From an uncultured cyanobacterium (GTDB lineage: Bacteria; Cyanobacteriota; Cyanobacteriia; Cyanobacteriales; CAWCAG01): a DNA stretch of 64,000 nt. The stretch covers positions 192,001 to 256,000 of the forward strand of contig CAWDOD010000006.1 of NCBI GenBank assembly GCA_963803805.1, written 5' to 3'. Below the pieces are notes generated by a model. It was not told the DNA's origin, made no database searches, and was given only the letters and a program-made list of their open reading frames with translations. The translations under genes and the position numbers were made by a program. Below, in pieces: positions 1-7,669 of the stretch. Each line of letters starts with the position of its first letter. The stretch's first letter is position 1.

Positions 1-757
1 TATTTCTGCCTTCTGCAATTAACAAAATCACTTTCCCTGTTTTATCCTTAAGGGGTTTAAGGGAAAAATCAATCCATTCAATTCCCCCTCTGGCCCTTTG
101 CAATTCAATTTCTTGGTGAACTAAATTTCCTTCCCCAGTTCTAAGCACAGCCGTCTGTAACCAATTTTGCAGTTTGGGGGAATAGTTCCAAGCGCTACCT
201 TCCCAAAAATAGTTATTAATAACTTCTTCTTTGGTAGAATCGCAAAATTGCAACGATGCCCGGTTTATTTCTAAAACCTTCCCTTCTGGGGTTAGTAACG
301 CCATTAGTTGCAGGGTATTTTCAAAAATAATATAGCGAAAGCGTTCCTCGCTTTCTTCTAGTTGTTGCCGATGTTTGCCCCTTTCTAAGTTATAGGAAAT
401 AGTTTTTACTAATAGGGGAGTGGTGATGTCACTTTTAACTAAATAATCTTGCGCCCCTTGGTTTAAAGCTGCTAAGGCTAGCTTGCCCTCCGCCTCAGCT
501 AGTACCACAATGGGGATATTCGGTACAGCTAAATGCAATTTTGTAATAGTCTCTAGATTTTGGGAATCTGGGAGGTTGAGGTCGAGAAATATTAAATCTA
601 TTGCCCCTTGCTCACAAATTGCGATCGCCTCAGTTGATTTTTGAACTTGTTGCAATTTCCACTCTTGTTTACCTGAACTAACCAATACTTTACGTAGCAA
701 ACTGGCATCAGTTGGACTATCCCCTACTAAGAGGAGGTGAATTGGTATTTGCTTCAT
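1..757 (-). CDS. Receiver (REC) + PAS domain signalling protein, probably a hybrid kinase or response regulator; 3' end outside window
   Basis: Translated by hand from ATG at 757: MKQIPIHLLLVGDSPTDA...IDLIFLDLNLPDS...GAQDYLVK (REC), then EERFRYIIFEN...IEWIDFSLKPLKDKTGKVILLIAEGR (PAS). Open to the window edge; not in the ORF track. Confidence 0.85.
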   Translation of the reverse strand, partial: MKQIPIHLLLVGDSPTDASLLRKVLVSSGKQEWKLQQVQKSTEAIAICEQGAIDLIFLDLNLPDSQNLETITKLHLAVPNIPIVVLAEAEGKLALAALNQGAQDYLVKSDITTPLLVKTISYNLERGKHRQQLEESEERFRYIIFENTLQLMALLTPEGKVLEINRASLQFCDSTKEEVINNYFWEGSAWNYSPKLQNWLQTAVLRTGEGNLVHQEIELQRARGGIEWIDFSLKPLKDKTGKVILLIAEGRN

Positions 758-1205
758 AGGACTTTCTGGTGCAAGGAGTAACCTAATTGCTTCCTAGCTA
801 AAATTTTCTGTTTGCCTAACAACGGTAATCTTCAGTTGGTACAATCTCGGTTCATTGCAGCCTATAGCCACTGTTGCCTCAGAGTTTTCCTTGAGTACTC
901 AAGGAAAAATTACAAGCCATAGGCATTGTAAGGCAAAACTTTAGCTAAGAAAAAGAAAGAAATTACGTAGAAAAGTAACAAACTTCTTTTTGTCAAATCT
1001 CTTACTGGTGGAAAGCTTTCTAAATAGAGCGATCGCGCCCTTTTGTTTTAGCACTATAAAGTCCTTGATCTAGAAATAAATAAGTCCAAATTCGACTTCT
1101 ACAGAGCTTCTAAGATTTGGGTTTGAGGGGATCTCAAGAGCGGAGACGCTTTGCGAAGGCGCTTATGGTTGCCGTAAAGCTATAGTCACTCTTTCACTTT
1201 ATCAA

Positions 1206-2447
1206 TCATCCACCTTTACAAGCGCTCATAATAGTAACAGGATTAAGAGGGCTAAAACGAGTTAATTGAGCGATGGGAAGAGAACGAGATATTTGTACAT
1301 TGAGAAGATGGTAAGACCAATGATTACTTTTGAACCAATTTAAAGCAATATTGAGATGTTCTAAAGTAGCCAAAGCTAGAACAACAATTCCTTGAGCATT
1401 TAACTTGTAATCGCAAACTTCAAGTATTTCTTTTAAGTTGCCACCGCTACCACCAATGAATACTCTATCTGGATTTAGCAAATCTTGCAAAGAATCCGGT
1501 GCTTTTCCTCCTAGGGCAATTATATTACTTACTTGTAATCGCTGACAGTTTTGCTTGATTAAATTAATACCTAAAGCGGTTTTTTCCAAGGCAAATATTC
1601 TAGAATCAGGACAAAGACGAGCAATTTCTATAGCCACAGAACCTGTTCCTGCACCAATATCCCAAATAACTTGCTGGGGTTGTAAAGCTAACTCCCCTAA
1701 AACCATTAAACGAACTTCCCGCTTCGTCATCAATCCGGGACGATCGCTAAAGCTCAAAAAGGCACTATCTGGTAAACCAAATAGAGGTAAGTTTTCTAAA
1801 TTTGGAAAGTGATTGTTGCGTAATAAAATAACGACATTTAGGGGTGAAAAATCCTCTTCTTTTAGCTTTTGTGGGGTGAAAGAAGTGATTTTCTCTTCTT
1901 CTCCTCCTAAATTTTCACAAACCCAAAAATCGTAACTTACAGGTGAATTTAACTCTAAATAAAGACGAGCGATCGCAGCAGGACTATGATCATGATCTGT
2001 CAAGATAGCAATTTTTTCTGTTCCTTCTTTAAAGAGCTTAATCAACTCTTCTAAAGAACGGCCGTGAACACTAACAATTTTGGCATCTTGCCACGGAACC
2101 TTGAGGCGATTAAAAGCTAATTGAATAGAACTAAGATGAGGATAAAAACAGATACTTTCCGAAGGAAATTCTGCTAATAACAATCTTCCTAAACCGAAAA
2201 ATAAAGGATCTCCTGATACTAACACCACAACTCTTTCCTTTGCTTCCCAAAAAGAGTAAAGTCGAGCTATTGCAGTCGCGAAATCCTTTAATACCAAGGA
2301 TTTCCCTTCATATTGAGGAAAATAGCTTAAATGGCGATCGCTCCCTACCAAAACAGTTGCTTGATTAACAATTTCTAAAACTGATACTGTCAAACCCATA
2401 GCACCGTCTAAACCAATACCTACAACTTGAATAGAGTTGTTTGTCAT
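1206..2447 (-). CDS. cbiET: Bifunctional precorrin-6Y/cobalt-precorrin methyltransferase CbiE/CbiT (CobL)
   Basis: VVGIG, LVSGDPLFFGLG and VSVHGR motifs (CbiE); MTKREVR and WDIGAGTGSV (CbiT SAM-binding). Confidence 0.93.
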   Translation of the reverse strand: MTNNSIQVVGIGLDGAMGLTVSVLEIVNQATVLVGSDRHLSYFPQYEGKSLVLKDFATAIARLYSFWEAKERVVVLVSGDPLFFGLGRLLLAEFPSESICFYPHLSSIQLAFNRLKVPWQDAKIVSVHGRSLEELIKLFKEGTEKIAILTDHDHSPAAIARLYLELNSPVSYDFWVCENLGGEEEKITSFTPQKLKEEDFSPLNVVILLRNNHFPNLENLPLFGLPDSAFLSFSDRPGLMTKREVRLMVLGELALQPQQVIWDIGAGTGSVAIEIARLCPDSRIFALEKTALGINLIKQNCQRLQVSNIIALGGKAPDSLQDLLNPDRVFIGGSGGNLKEILEVCDYKLNAQGIVVLALATLEHLNIALNWFKSNHWSYHLLNVQISRSLPIAQLTRFSPLNPVTIMSACKGG

Positions 2448-2497
2448 GCCACATTGCTAATTGCTAGTTATTGTTGAAAAGATAATTGATAATTGAA

Positions 2498-3406
2498 TCA
2501 TTGAACGGACTTCTTCTTCCGACGAACACGCCAGAAGAAAATAGCTGCTCCTAAGACTAGCAAATAAGGGCTGTGAACTGCTAACCAAATGCCCAAACGC
2601 AGTAAACCCATCGTCAAGCCTTGGAAAGATTGGGTGGCATTACTCCACGCCTTCTGCATTTGAGAACCCACAGGAGGTTGGGAATTGCTAGCCACAGAAG
2701 CAGTTAAATTGAGGGTAATAGTAGAATAAGCGACTCGGTTAGTTAAATTATCTAGTTGAGCGTCAATTTGCTCAATAGAGCTACGAATATTACTCAACTC
2801 CTTAGCAACTTGTAGAGTATCTCCCATTGAACCAGAACGATCCATAATTTTCAGCAAGGAGTTTTCTGTTTGCCGCAAATTACGCAACCTTGCCTTTACA
2901 TCCACTAACTGATTGCTAACATCCTCAGCAGCAATAGACTCACTCTCCAAAGTACCTAATCCTCTCAAAGCCTCAAGAGTCGGTTCTAAGTTAGCTTGGG
3001 GAACACGGATTTTGAGCAATGCTTGGTGACGACTACCAAAATTTTGGGGTTGGCTATTTTCTAATCCTAAAACATCTCCCTTTTGCTGCTTGGCAATGTC
3101 AGAAGCCCTGTCTAAAGCTTCTTCAATAGATTGCACCTCTAAAGCCAGATCTGCTGTCTTGGCTAACTGAGGTGCAGTTTGGGAGGCTTCTTTGGGTTGC
3201 TCCGGATTTCCTTGTTGAGAGTCAACAGTTGCTGATGACTCTGCAACGCTAGTAGTGACTTCTCCTTCCCCCTGTTCTGCCATTTCCCCAGCAGAACCAC
3301 AACTGACTAACAACATACTAGCAAGTAAGGCACTGAATAAAAATTTAGGTTGGGAAGAAGAAGTAATGGGTTTCATTTGGTATCCCCGATTGATAAGATA
3401 AGCCAA
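2498..3406 (-). CDS. DUF4349-family lipoprotein (likely start ATG at 3376)
   Basis: Lipobox LLVSC, then IRVP...EDVS..VD...RL coiled coil, 'RVAYSTITL' and a C-terminal TM helix. Confidence 0.8.
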   Translation of the reverse strand: MAYLINRGYQMKPITSSSQPKFLFSALLASMLLVSCGSAGEMAEQGEGEVTTSVAESSATVDSQQGNPEQPKEASQTAPQLAKTADLALEVQSIEEALDRASDIAKQQKGDVLGLENSQPQNFGSRHQALLKIRVPQANLEPTLEALRGLGTLESESIAAEDVSNQLVDVKARLRNLRQTENSLLKIMDRSGSMGDTLQVAKELSNIRSSIEQIDAQLDNLTNRVAYSTITLNLTASVASNSQPPVGSQMQKAWSNATQSFQGLTMGLLRLGIWLAVHSPYLLVLGAAIFFWRVRRKKKSVQ

Positions 3407-3610
3407 GACTTCCTACATCTTTACTCTAATTTATTCCCGAAATGCTTACTTTTGAATTTTGAATTGACCCTGTTCCCTATCAATTTTCATATTCTTTTCT
3501 CAAAAAAATAAGAGTGTTCCAGATTTAAAATTGCCCCACCCAGAAAACATCTACTGATCTTCCTGTGGCAATGTAGTAGAAAGAAAACGCAAACCCTGCC
3601 TTTTGAACCC

Positions 3611-4270
3611 ATGAGTCAATCTATCTCTTTATCCTGGTCAAAACTAAAGGTTCAAACTCCTAACCAGCCTGTTAGCCCTGAAAAGCTCTCTAACTATGAC
3701 CTAATTGTCTGTTGTCAAGAAGATATTAAACCAGACAAAGCTGCCTTCTCAGAGCTTCTGCGTAGATATCAACCTCACGTAGAAAAGATGTTGTATCATT
3801 TGGCTCCTGATTGGCAAGATAGAGCAGACTTAGCCCAAGAAGTTTGGATCAGGGTTTATCGCAATATCAACCGATTGAAAGAACCAGTTAAGTTTAAGGG
3901 TTGGTTAAGCCGCATTGCCACTAATTTATTTTACGATGAACTGCGTAAGCGTAAAAGAGTTAGTCACCCTCTTTCTCTAGATGCTCCTCGCAAAATGGAT
4001 GATGGAGAAATGGATTGGGAAATAGCTTCTGACTATCCTAGCCCCAATGATAACCTCACAACTAGGGAATTTTACGACCAACTTAAAGTAGCGATCGCCG
4101 AATTACCAGAAGTCTTTAGAACTACCATTATTCTTCGTGAAATAGAAGGATTAGCTTACGAAGAAATTGCTGAAATGACTGAATCCTCCTTGGGTACTGT
4201 CAAATCCAGAATTGCCAGAGCTAGGGCTAGATTACAATCTGAACTTCAAAACTATCTTAAAGAAGATTAG
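3611..4270 (+). CDS. sigG: ECF RNA polymerase sigma factor SigG
   Basis: DLAQEVWIRVY, FKGWLSRIATNLFYDELRK and YEEIAE..LGTVKSRIARAR; cyanobacterial MSQSI.LSWS N-terminus. Confidence 0.9.
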   Translation: MSQSISLSWSKLKVQTPNQPVSPEKLSNYDLIVCCQEDIKPDKAAFSELLRRYQPHVEKMLYHLAPDWQDRADLAQEVWIRVYRNINRLKEPVKFKGWLSRIATNLFYDELRKRKRVSHPLSLDAPRKMDDGEMDWEIASDYPSPNDNLTTREFYDQLKVAIAELPEVFRTTIILREIEGLAYEEIAEMTESSLGTVKSRIARARARLQSELQNYLKED

Positions 4271-4282
4271 TTTCCTCTTTTC

Positions 4283-4310
4283 GGCAACGATTTTTTGCTC
4301 AGAGCGTCAA
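4283..4310 (+). promoter_or_regulatory. Putative ECF (SigG-dependent) promoter for the anti-sigma gene
   Basis: GGCAAC-N16-CGTCAA between sigG and the anti-sigma gene, matching the ECF AAC/-35 and CGTC/-10 pattern. Confidence 0.55.
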
Positions 4311-4386
4311 CATTGATATTAGTATTGTGTGAAGGAGCTTTTATGAAGCTCAGGGTGATTTCTAAAAGTTCCATGGTGATACTACT

Positions 4387-4926
4387 ATGAACCGCAAATT
4401 TGATGCTCGCAAAAATATGAAGCCGTTACAAGATCGGTCAACAGAAATGAACAGCCAAGGGCGGGATCGCTTTGAATTACTAAGTGCTTATTTTGATGGG
4501 GAAGTTACAGCCGCAGAACGTAAGAAAGTACAGAAATGGCTTGATAGCGATCCTCATACCAAGCAACTATACTCTCGTCTACTCAGAATTCGTCACGGTT
4601 TAAAAGCAATGCCTCTACCTACTAGTGAGGTTTCAGCAGAGGAGATTACCAGAAATGTTTGGCGAAAAATTAACCAGCGCCGTCTGCACAATGTCTTAGT
4701 TTGGGGAAGTGGTGCGATCGCAGCTTTGTTTGTGGCTACAATCTCAGGTATAGTTCCCGGAGAATTCTTACCAGGAATGCGCGTTGCTAATTCTCCAGAA
4801 CCACAAAGAGATTTAGAAACTTTGGAAATAGCAGTTAATGAGCCTGCCATAGAAATTCCTAAAGCACCTATATCATCTTCCCAGAAAAGTTTGAATGAAG
4901 AAGATATAGAGAAGGGAATTAGGTAA
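4387..4926 (+). CDS. sapG: Anti-sigma factor SapG (cognate of SigG)
   Basis: RFELLSAYFDGEVT..ER..V..WL anti-sigma domain plus one TM helix; directly downstream of sigG. Confidence 0.8.
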   Translation: MNRKFDARKNMKPLQDRSTEMNSQGRDRFELLSAYFDGEVTAAERKKVQKWLDSDPHTKQLYSRLLRIRHGLKAMPLPTSEVSAEEITRNVWRKINQRRLHNVLVWGSGAIAALFVATISGIVPGEFLPGMRVANSPEPQRDLETLEIAVNEPAIEIPKAPISSSQKSLNEEDIEKGIR

Positions 4927-4963
4927 TTAGGTAATAGGTAAATAGGTGGAATTTGCAACTCAT

Positions 4964-4995
4964 GGGGAGGCGATATTGTCGTCTTCCCTATTTTG
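4964..4995 (+). terminator. Rho-independent terminator after sigG-sapG
   Basis: GGGGAGGCGAT-ATT-GTCGTCTTCCC stem followed by TATTTT. Confidence 0.6.
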
Positions 4996-5148
4996 TGGCA
5001 GTTAGCAATTAATATTTCTATCGCAAAAAAATATTTTAAAAATTTCCTGAAAACATCTACAAATTTTAGTATTTTAATTATAAAAATGTCCGGATAGAGT
5101 GAGGAATTTTCTTAATAGATTAGTGTGTAGCAAGGAACCTAAAAATTC

Positions 5149-6297
5149 ATGCGATTATCTAGCCTCACTTTATACACATTAACTGCATTAATTGCAGGTG
5201 GAAATGCTGTTCAAGCTAATGAAAATACCTTGGTTCCAGATTTGGCTGAAGAACCAGAAACACCTGTTGATTTAATAGCAGAAGATGATACAGATGAAAT
5301 TTCTGAAGTAGCAACGCCTCAAACAGAGGTACTTCCTCCAGAAAATCGACTTGCCCAAGTAGAGTTTTCTTCTCAACAAACAGCAACTCAACCTATTGAG
5401 TTAGACCAATTGCCCACCTTAAAAACTTCCACCCAAGCAGAAGAACTAACAGCAGAAACCACTCAACCAGAAAAAACTCAGCTAATTGCTGAATCTCAAG
5501 AATGTAACGCTAACAACTCAAACAGTTCTGAACAGTTTGAGGAAATTGCTTCAACTCAACTCTTAGCCCAAAAGCGGTTTCAACGCTGTCCTCGCCCTTT
5601 AGAAGTTGAACCTTTAGAAGTGCCGGAAGTGGATGCTTTTGCAGCCTCCCCAGCCTTAAGCATTTATATTCCTGTTGGTTATGGTGCGGATCGTAACACC
5701 ATTTTCACTTCCCATAGCTATCAATCTGCGGTCAGAGTAGATGATGGTTCAGTTTATTCGGCCGGGGTTGGAGTTGGTTTAGGAGATGCAGACAAAGCCG
5801 TTGGCGTTGAACTATCCTACGCCTTAGATACCAATAACGCCTTTGGAGATGGGGGTTTTAATACCAAAGTACACAAACGCTTTGGTGATGATTGGTCAGC
5901 CGCTTTAGGTTGGAATGGTTTACTTAATACCAGTCGTCATGACTTTGAGCAATCTTTTTATGGGGCAATCACTAAAGTTTTCCGCACCCAACCTTCCTTA
6001 AATGATACCTTTAGTCGGGTTTCCGTCACAGCCGGATTAGGGGATGGACAGTTTCGTTCTAATGGCGCTGTGGCAGTAGGTGACAACAACATTAACGCTT
6101 TTGGTAATGTTGCGGTTCGTGTAGCCCGTCCTGTGAGTTTAATTGCAGAGTGGACAGGACAAGATTTAGGTTTGGGAGTTTCCATCGCACCCTTTAAAAA
6201 TATTCCTATCGTCATTACCCCAGCCTTGAGAGATGTTGCAGGTGCTGGTAACGGGGCCAGATTTGTGCTTGGTTTGGGCGCATCTTGGAGATTGTAA
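5149..6297 (+). CDS. Secreted/outer-membrane hypothetical protein with an acidic linker and a probable C-terminal beta-barrel
   Basis: Signal peptide (AVQA), E/T/P-rich N-terminal half, alternating G/aromatic beta-strands (SPALSIYIPVGYG...AEWTGQDL.LG.S...FVLGLGASW). Confidence 0.65.
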   Translation: MRLSSLTLYTLTALIAGGNAVQANENTLVPDLAEEPETPVDLIAEDDTDEISEVATPQTEVLPPENRLAQVEFSSQQTATQPIELDQLPTLKTSTQAEELTAETTQPEKTQLIAESQECNANNSNSSEQFEEIASTQLLAQKRFQRCPRPLEVEPLEVPEVDAFAASPALSIYIPVGYGADRNTIFTSHSYQSAVRVDDGSVYSAGVGVGLGDADKAVGVELSYALDTNNAFGDGGFNTKVHKRFGDDWSAALGWNGLLNTSRHDFEQSFYGAITKVFRTQPSLNDTFSRVSVTAGLGDGQFRSNGAVAVGDNNINAFGNVAVRVARPVSLIAEWTGQDLGLGVSIAPFKNIPIVITPALRDVAGAGNGARFVLGLGASWRL

Positions 6298-6322
6298 ATA
6301 TTAAGTTAAGGATGTAAAAATC

Positions 6323-6736
6323 ATGCAGAAACTTCATTCTGTGAGTTTAGCTATCAGCTTATCTTTGATTGCTGGGACAGCCTATACAAATTCTGTTCAA
6401 GCCCAAAGCTATTCTGATATTACAGGTACTAACATTTGGAATAATGTTGCCCCCATTAGCGGTGATGGTTCTCAGTTAGATCCTGAACTCGCCGAAAGGA
6501 TTGAAATGTTGAATCGGGAGTCCGCAGAAGCATACAACGAGTGTAATGCAGCTATAACCCTCGCTGAGCAAAATACTCCCCCCGTCCGTCGTTATTCACG
6601 ACAACCAAATAACAATGTCGCAGTTCCCATTGCTTGTCAGCAATTAGAAGCATTGCGAGTAGAAATGGATGATTTGCGGTTTGCTTTGGCAAATGAGTCT
6701 GAGTTAACTGCGAATACTGATTTTTCTACTTGGTAG
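6323..6736 (+). CDS. Secreted hypothetical protein (SDITGTNIWNN motif, two Cys)
   Basis: Signal peptide (VQAQ); 25 bp after the upstream gene. Confidence 0.7.
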   Translation: MQKLHSVSLAISLSLIAGTAYTNSVQAQSYSDITGTNIWNNVAPISGDGSQLDPELAERIEMLNRESAEAYNECNAAITLAEQNTPPVRRYSRQPNNNVAVPIACQQLEALRVEMDDLRFALANESELTANTDFSTW

Positions 6737-6802
6737 AGGAACGGCTAAGTGCGGTGCGACCCCAAAGCCGACAAGTGCAAGGGAACGCGCACCGGTTGCT
6801 AA

Positions 6803-7453
6803 TTGAAGGAATATTTTGGAGAGATGAAACAGAAAACTTTAAAGAACTATTCGTTGTTTTTCAGCGTGATCGCCACGGGGTTATTTAGCTTTTTGGCAAC
6901 CCCTAGCCAAGCACAAGACTTTTTTTCTAATCAAAGTATTGAGTTTGAAGAAGATACTGTTGTTGAGTTTGAATTTATTCAATCCCACGGTTCTTATCAA
7001 GCTACTTTGGGTATTAAAGATGAAACCACCGGAGAAGAAACGGTATTATTCCGGGAAACTCAACCCTACGATAGTTTTGGTTCTTTCACTGCTGAAAGAA
7101 GTTCTACAGGTAACAATGATTTGGGAACTCAAACAGATTTCGTTGGTACGGTAGAAGGGGGAACAGTTCAAAATCGCTTTAGCGAACAACTATTCAAAGC
7201 TGGACGCAAATACTCTTTCTTTTTAGAATCAGTGAGTCCCACAGGACAAACCAGAAGAACTGTGGTTTCTACCCAAAACTTTGCCCGCTTTAACGGTAAT
7301 CTAGATGGTGGTGCAGTTGGCAGTAGAACTGGTACACAACTAGCTTGGGAAGATGGCGGACAAGTTGAGGTCGGTAATGACAGCGATTTCGATGATTTCG
7401 TCATTGAAGCTGGAGGTTATTTAATTGATATTATTTGTCCGCCTTTTGAGTAA
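6803..7453 (+). CDS. Secreted beta-rich protein, DUF4114-like (probable start ATG 6824)
   Basis: Signal peptide (SQAQ), FEFIQSHG.Y motif and WED...D.DFDDFVI acidic motif. Confidence 0.6.
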   Translation: MKEYFGEMKQKTLKNYSLFFSVIATGLFSFLATPSQAQDFFSNQSIEFEEDTVVEFEFIQSHGSYQATLGIKDETTGEETVLFRETQPYDSFGSFTAERSSTGNNDLGTQTDFVGTVEGGTVQNRFSEQLFKAGRKYSFFLESVSPTGQTRRTVVSTQNFARFNGNLDGGAVGSRTGTQLAWEDGGQVEVGNDSDFDDFVIEAGGYLIDIICPPFE

Positions 7454-7489
7454 TTGCTAATGGCTAGTTGCTAATGGCTAGTTGCAATA

Positions 7490-7549
7490 GTAGGGGCGGG
7501 TTTTGAGTTAAATTGTGAGATCAACATTAAATTAAATAAACCCGCCCTA
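7490..7549. repeat. GTAG-type REP hairpin preceded by STRR-like repeats (TTGCTAATGGCTAG x2, 7454-7485)
   Basis: GTAGGGGCGGGTTT...AAACCCGCCCTA inverted repeat. Confidence 0.7.
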
Positions 7550-7590
7550 ACACACAATTTTGCTATGGAATACATCACTACCTCCATCGC

Positions 7591-7647
7591 TGTCGAAATA
7601 TAGTGTCTTTTTCTAAAAAAAATCTCAAACAACACTACATATAGCGT
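7591..7647 (+). promoter_or_regulatory. Tandem NrdR-box-like operators next to a TATGAT -10 (7647-7652)
   Basis: ACACTACATATAGCGT (7632-7647; 14/16 to acaCwAtATaTwGtgt) and TGTCGAAATATAGTGT (7591-7606; right half intact), 41 bp apart. Confidence 0.65.
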
Positions 7648-7669
7648 ATGATTTGTAAGTTCCCCATAC

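Noticed and set aside
2448-2497. Cobalamin riboswitch upstream of cbiET
   Set aside because: The gap is only about 50 bp and holds STRR-like sequence with no B12 box
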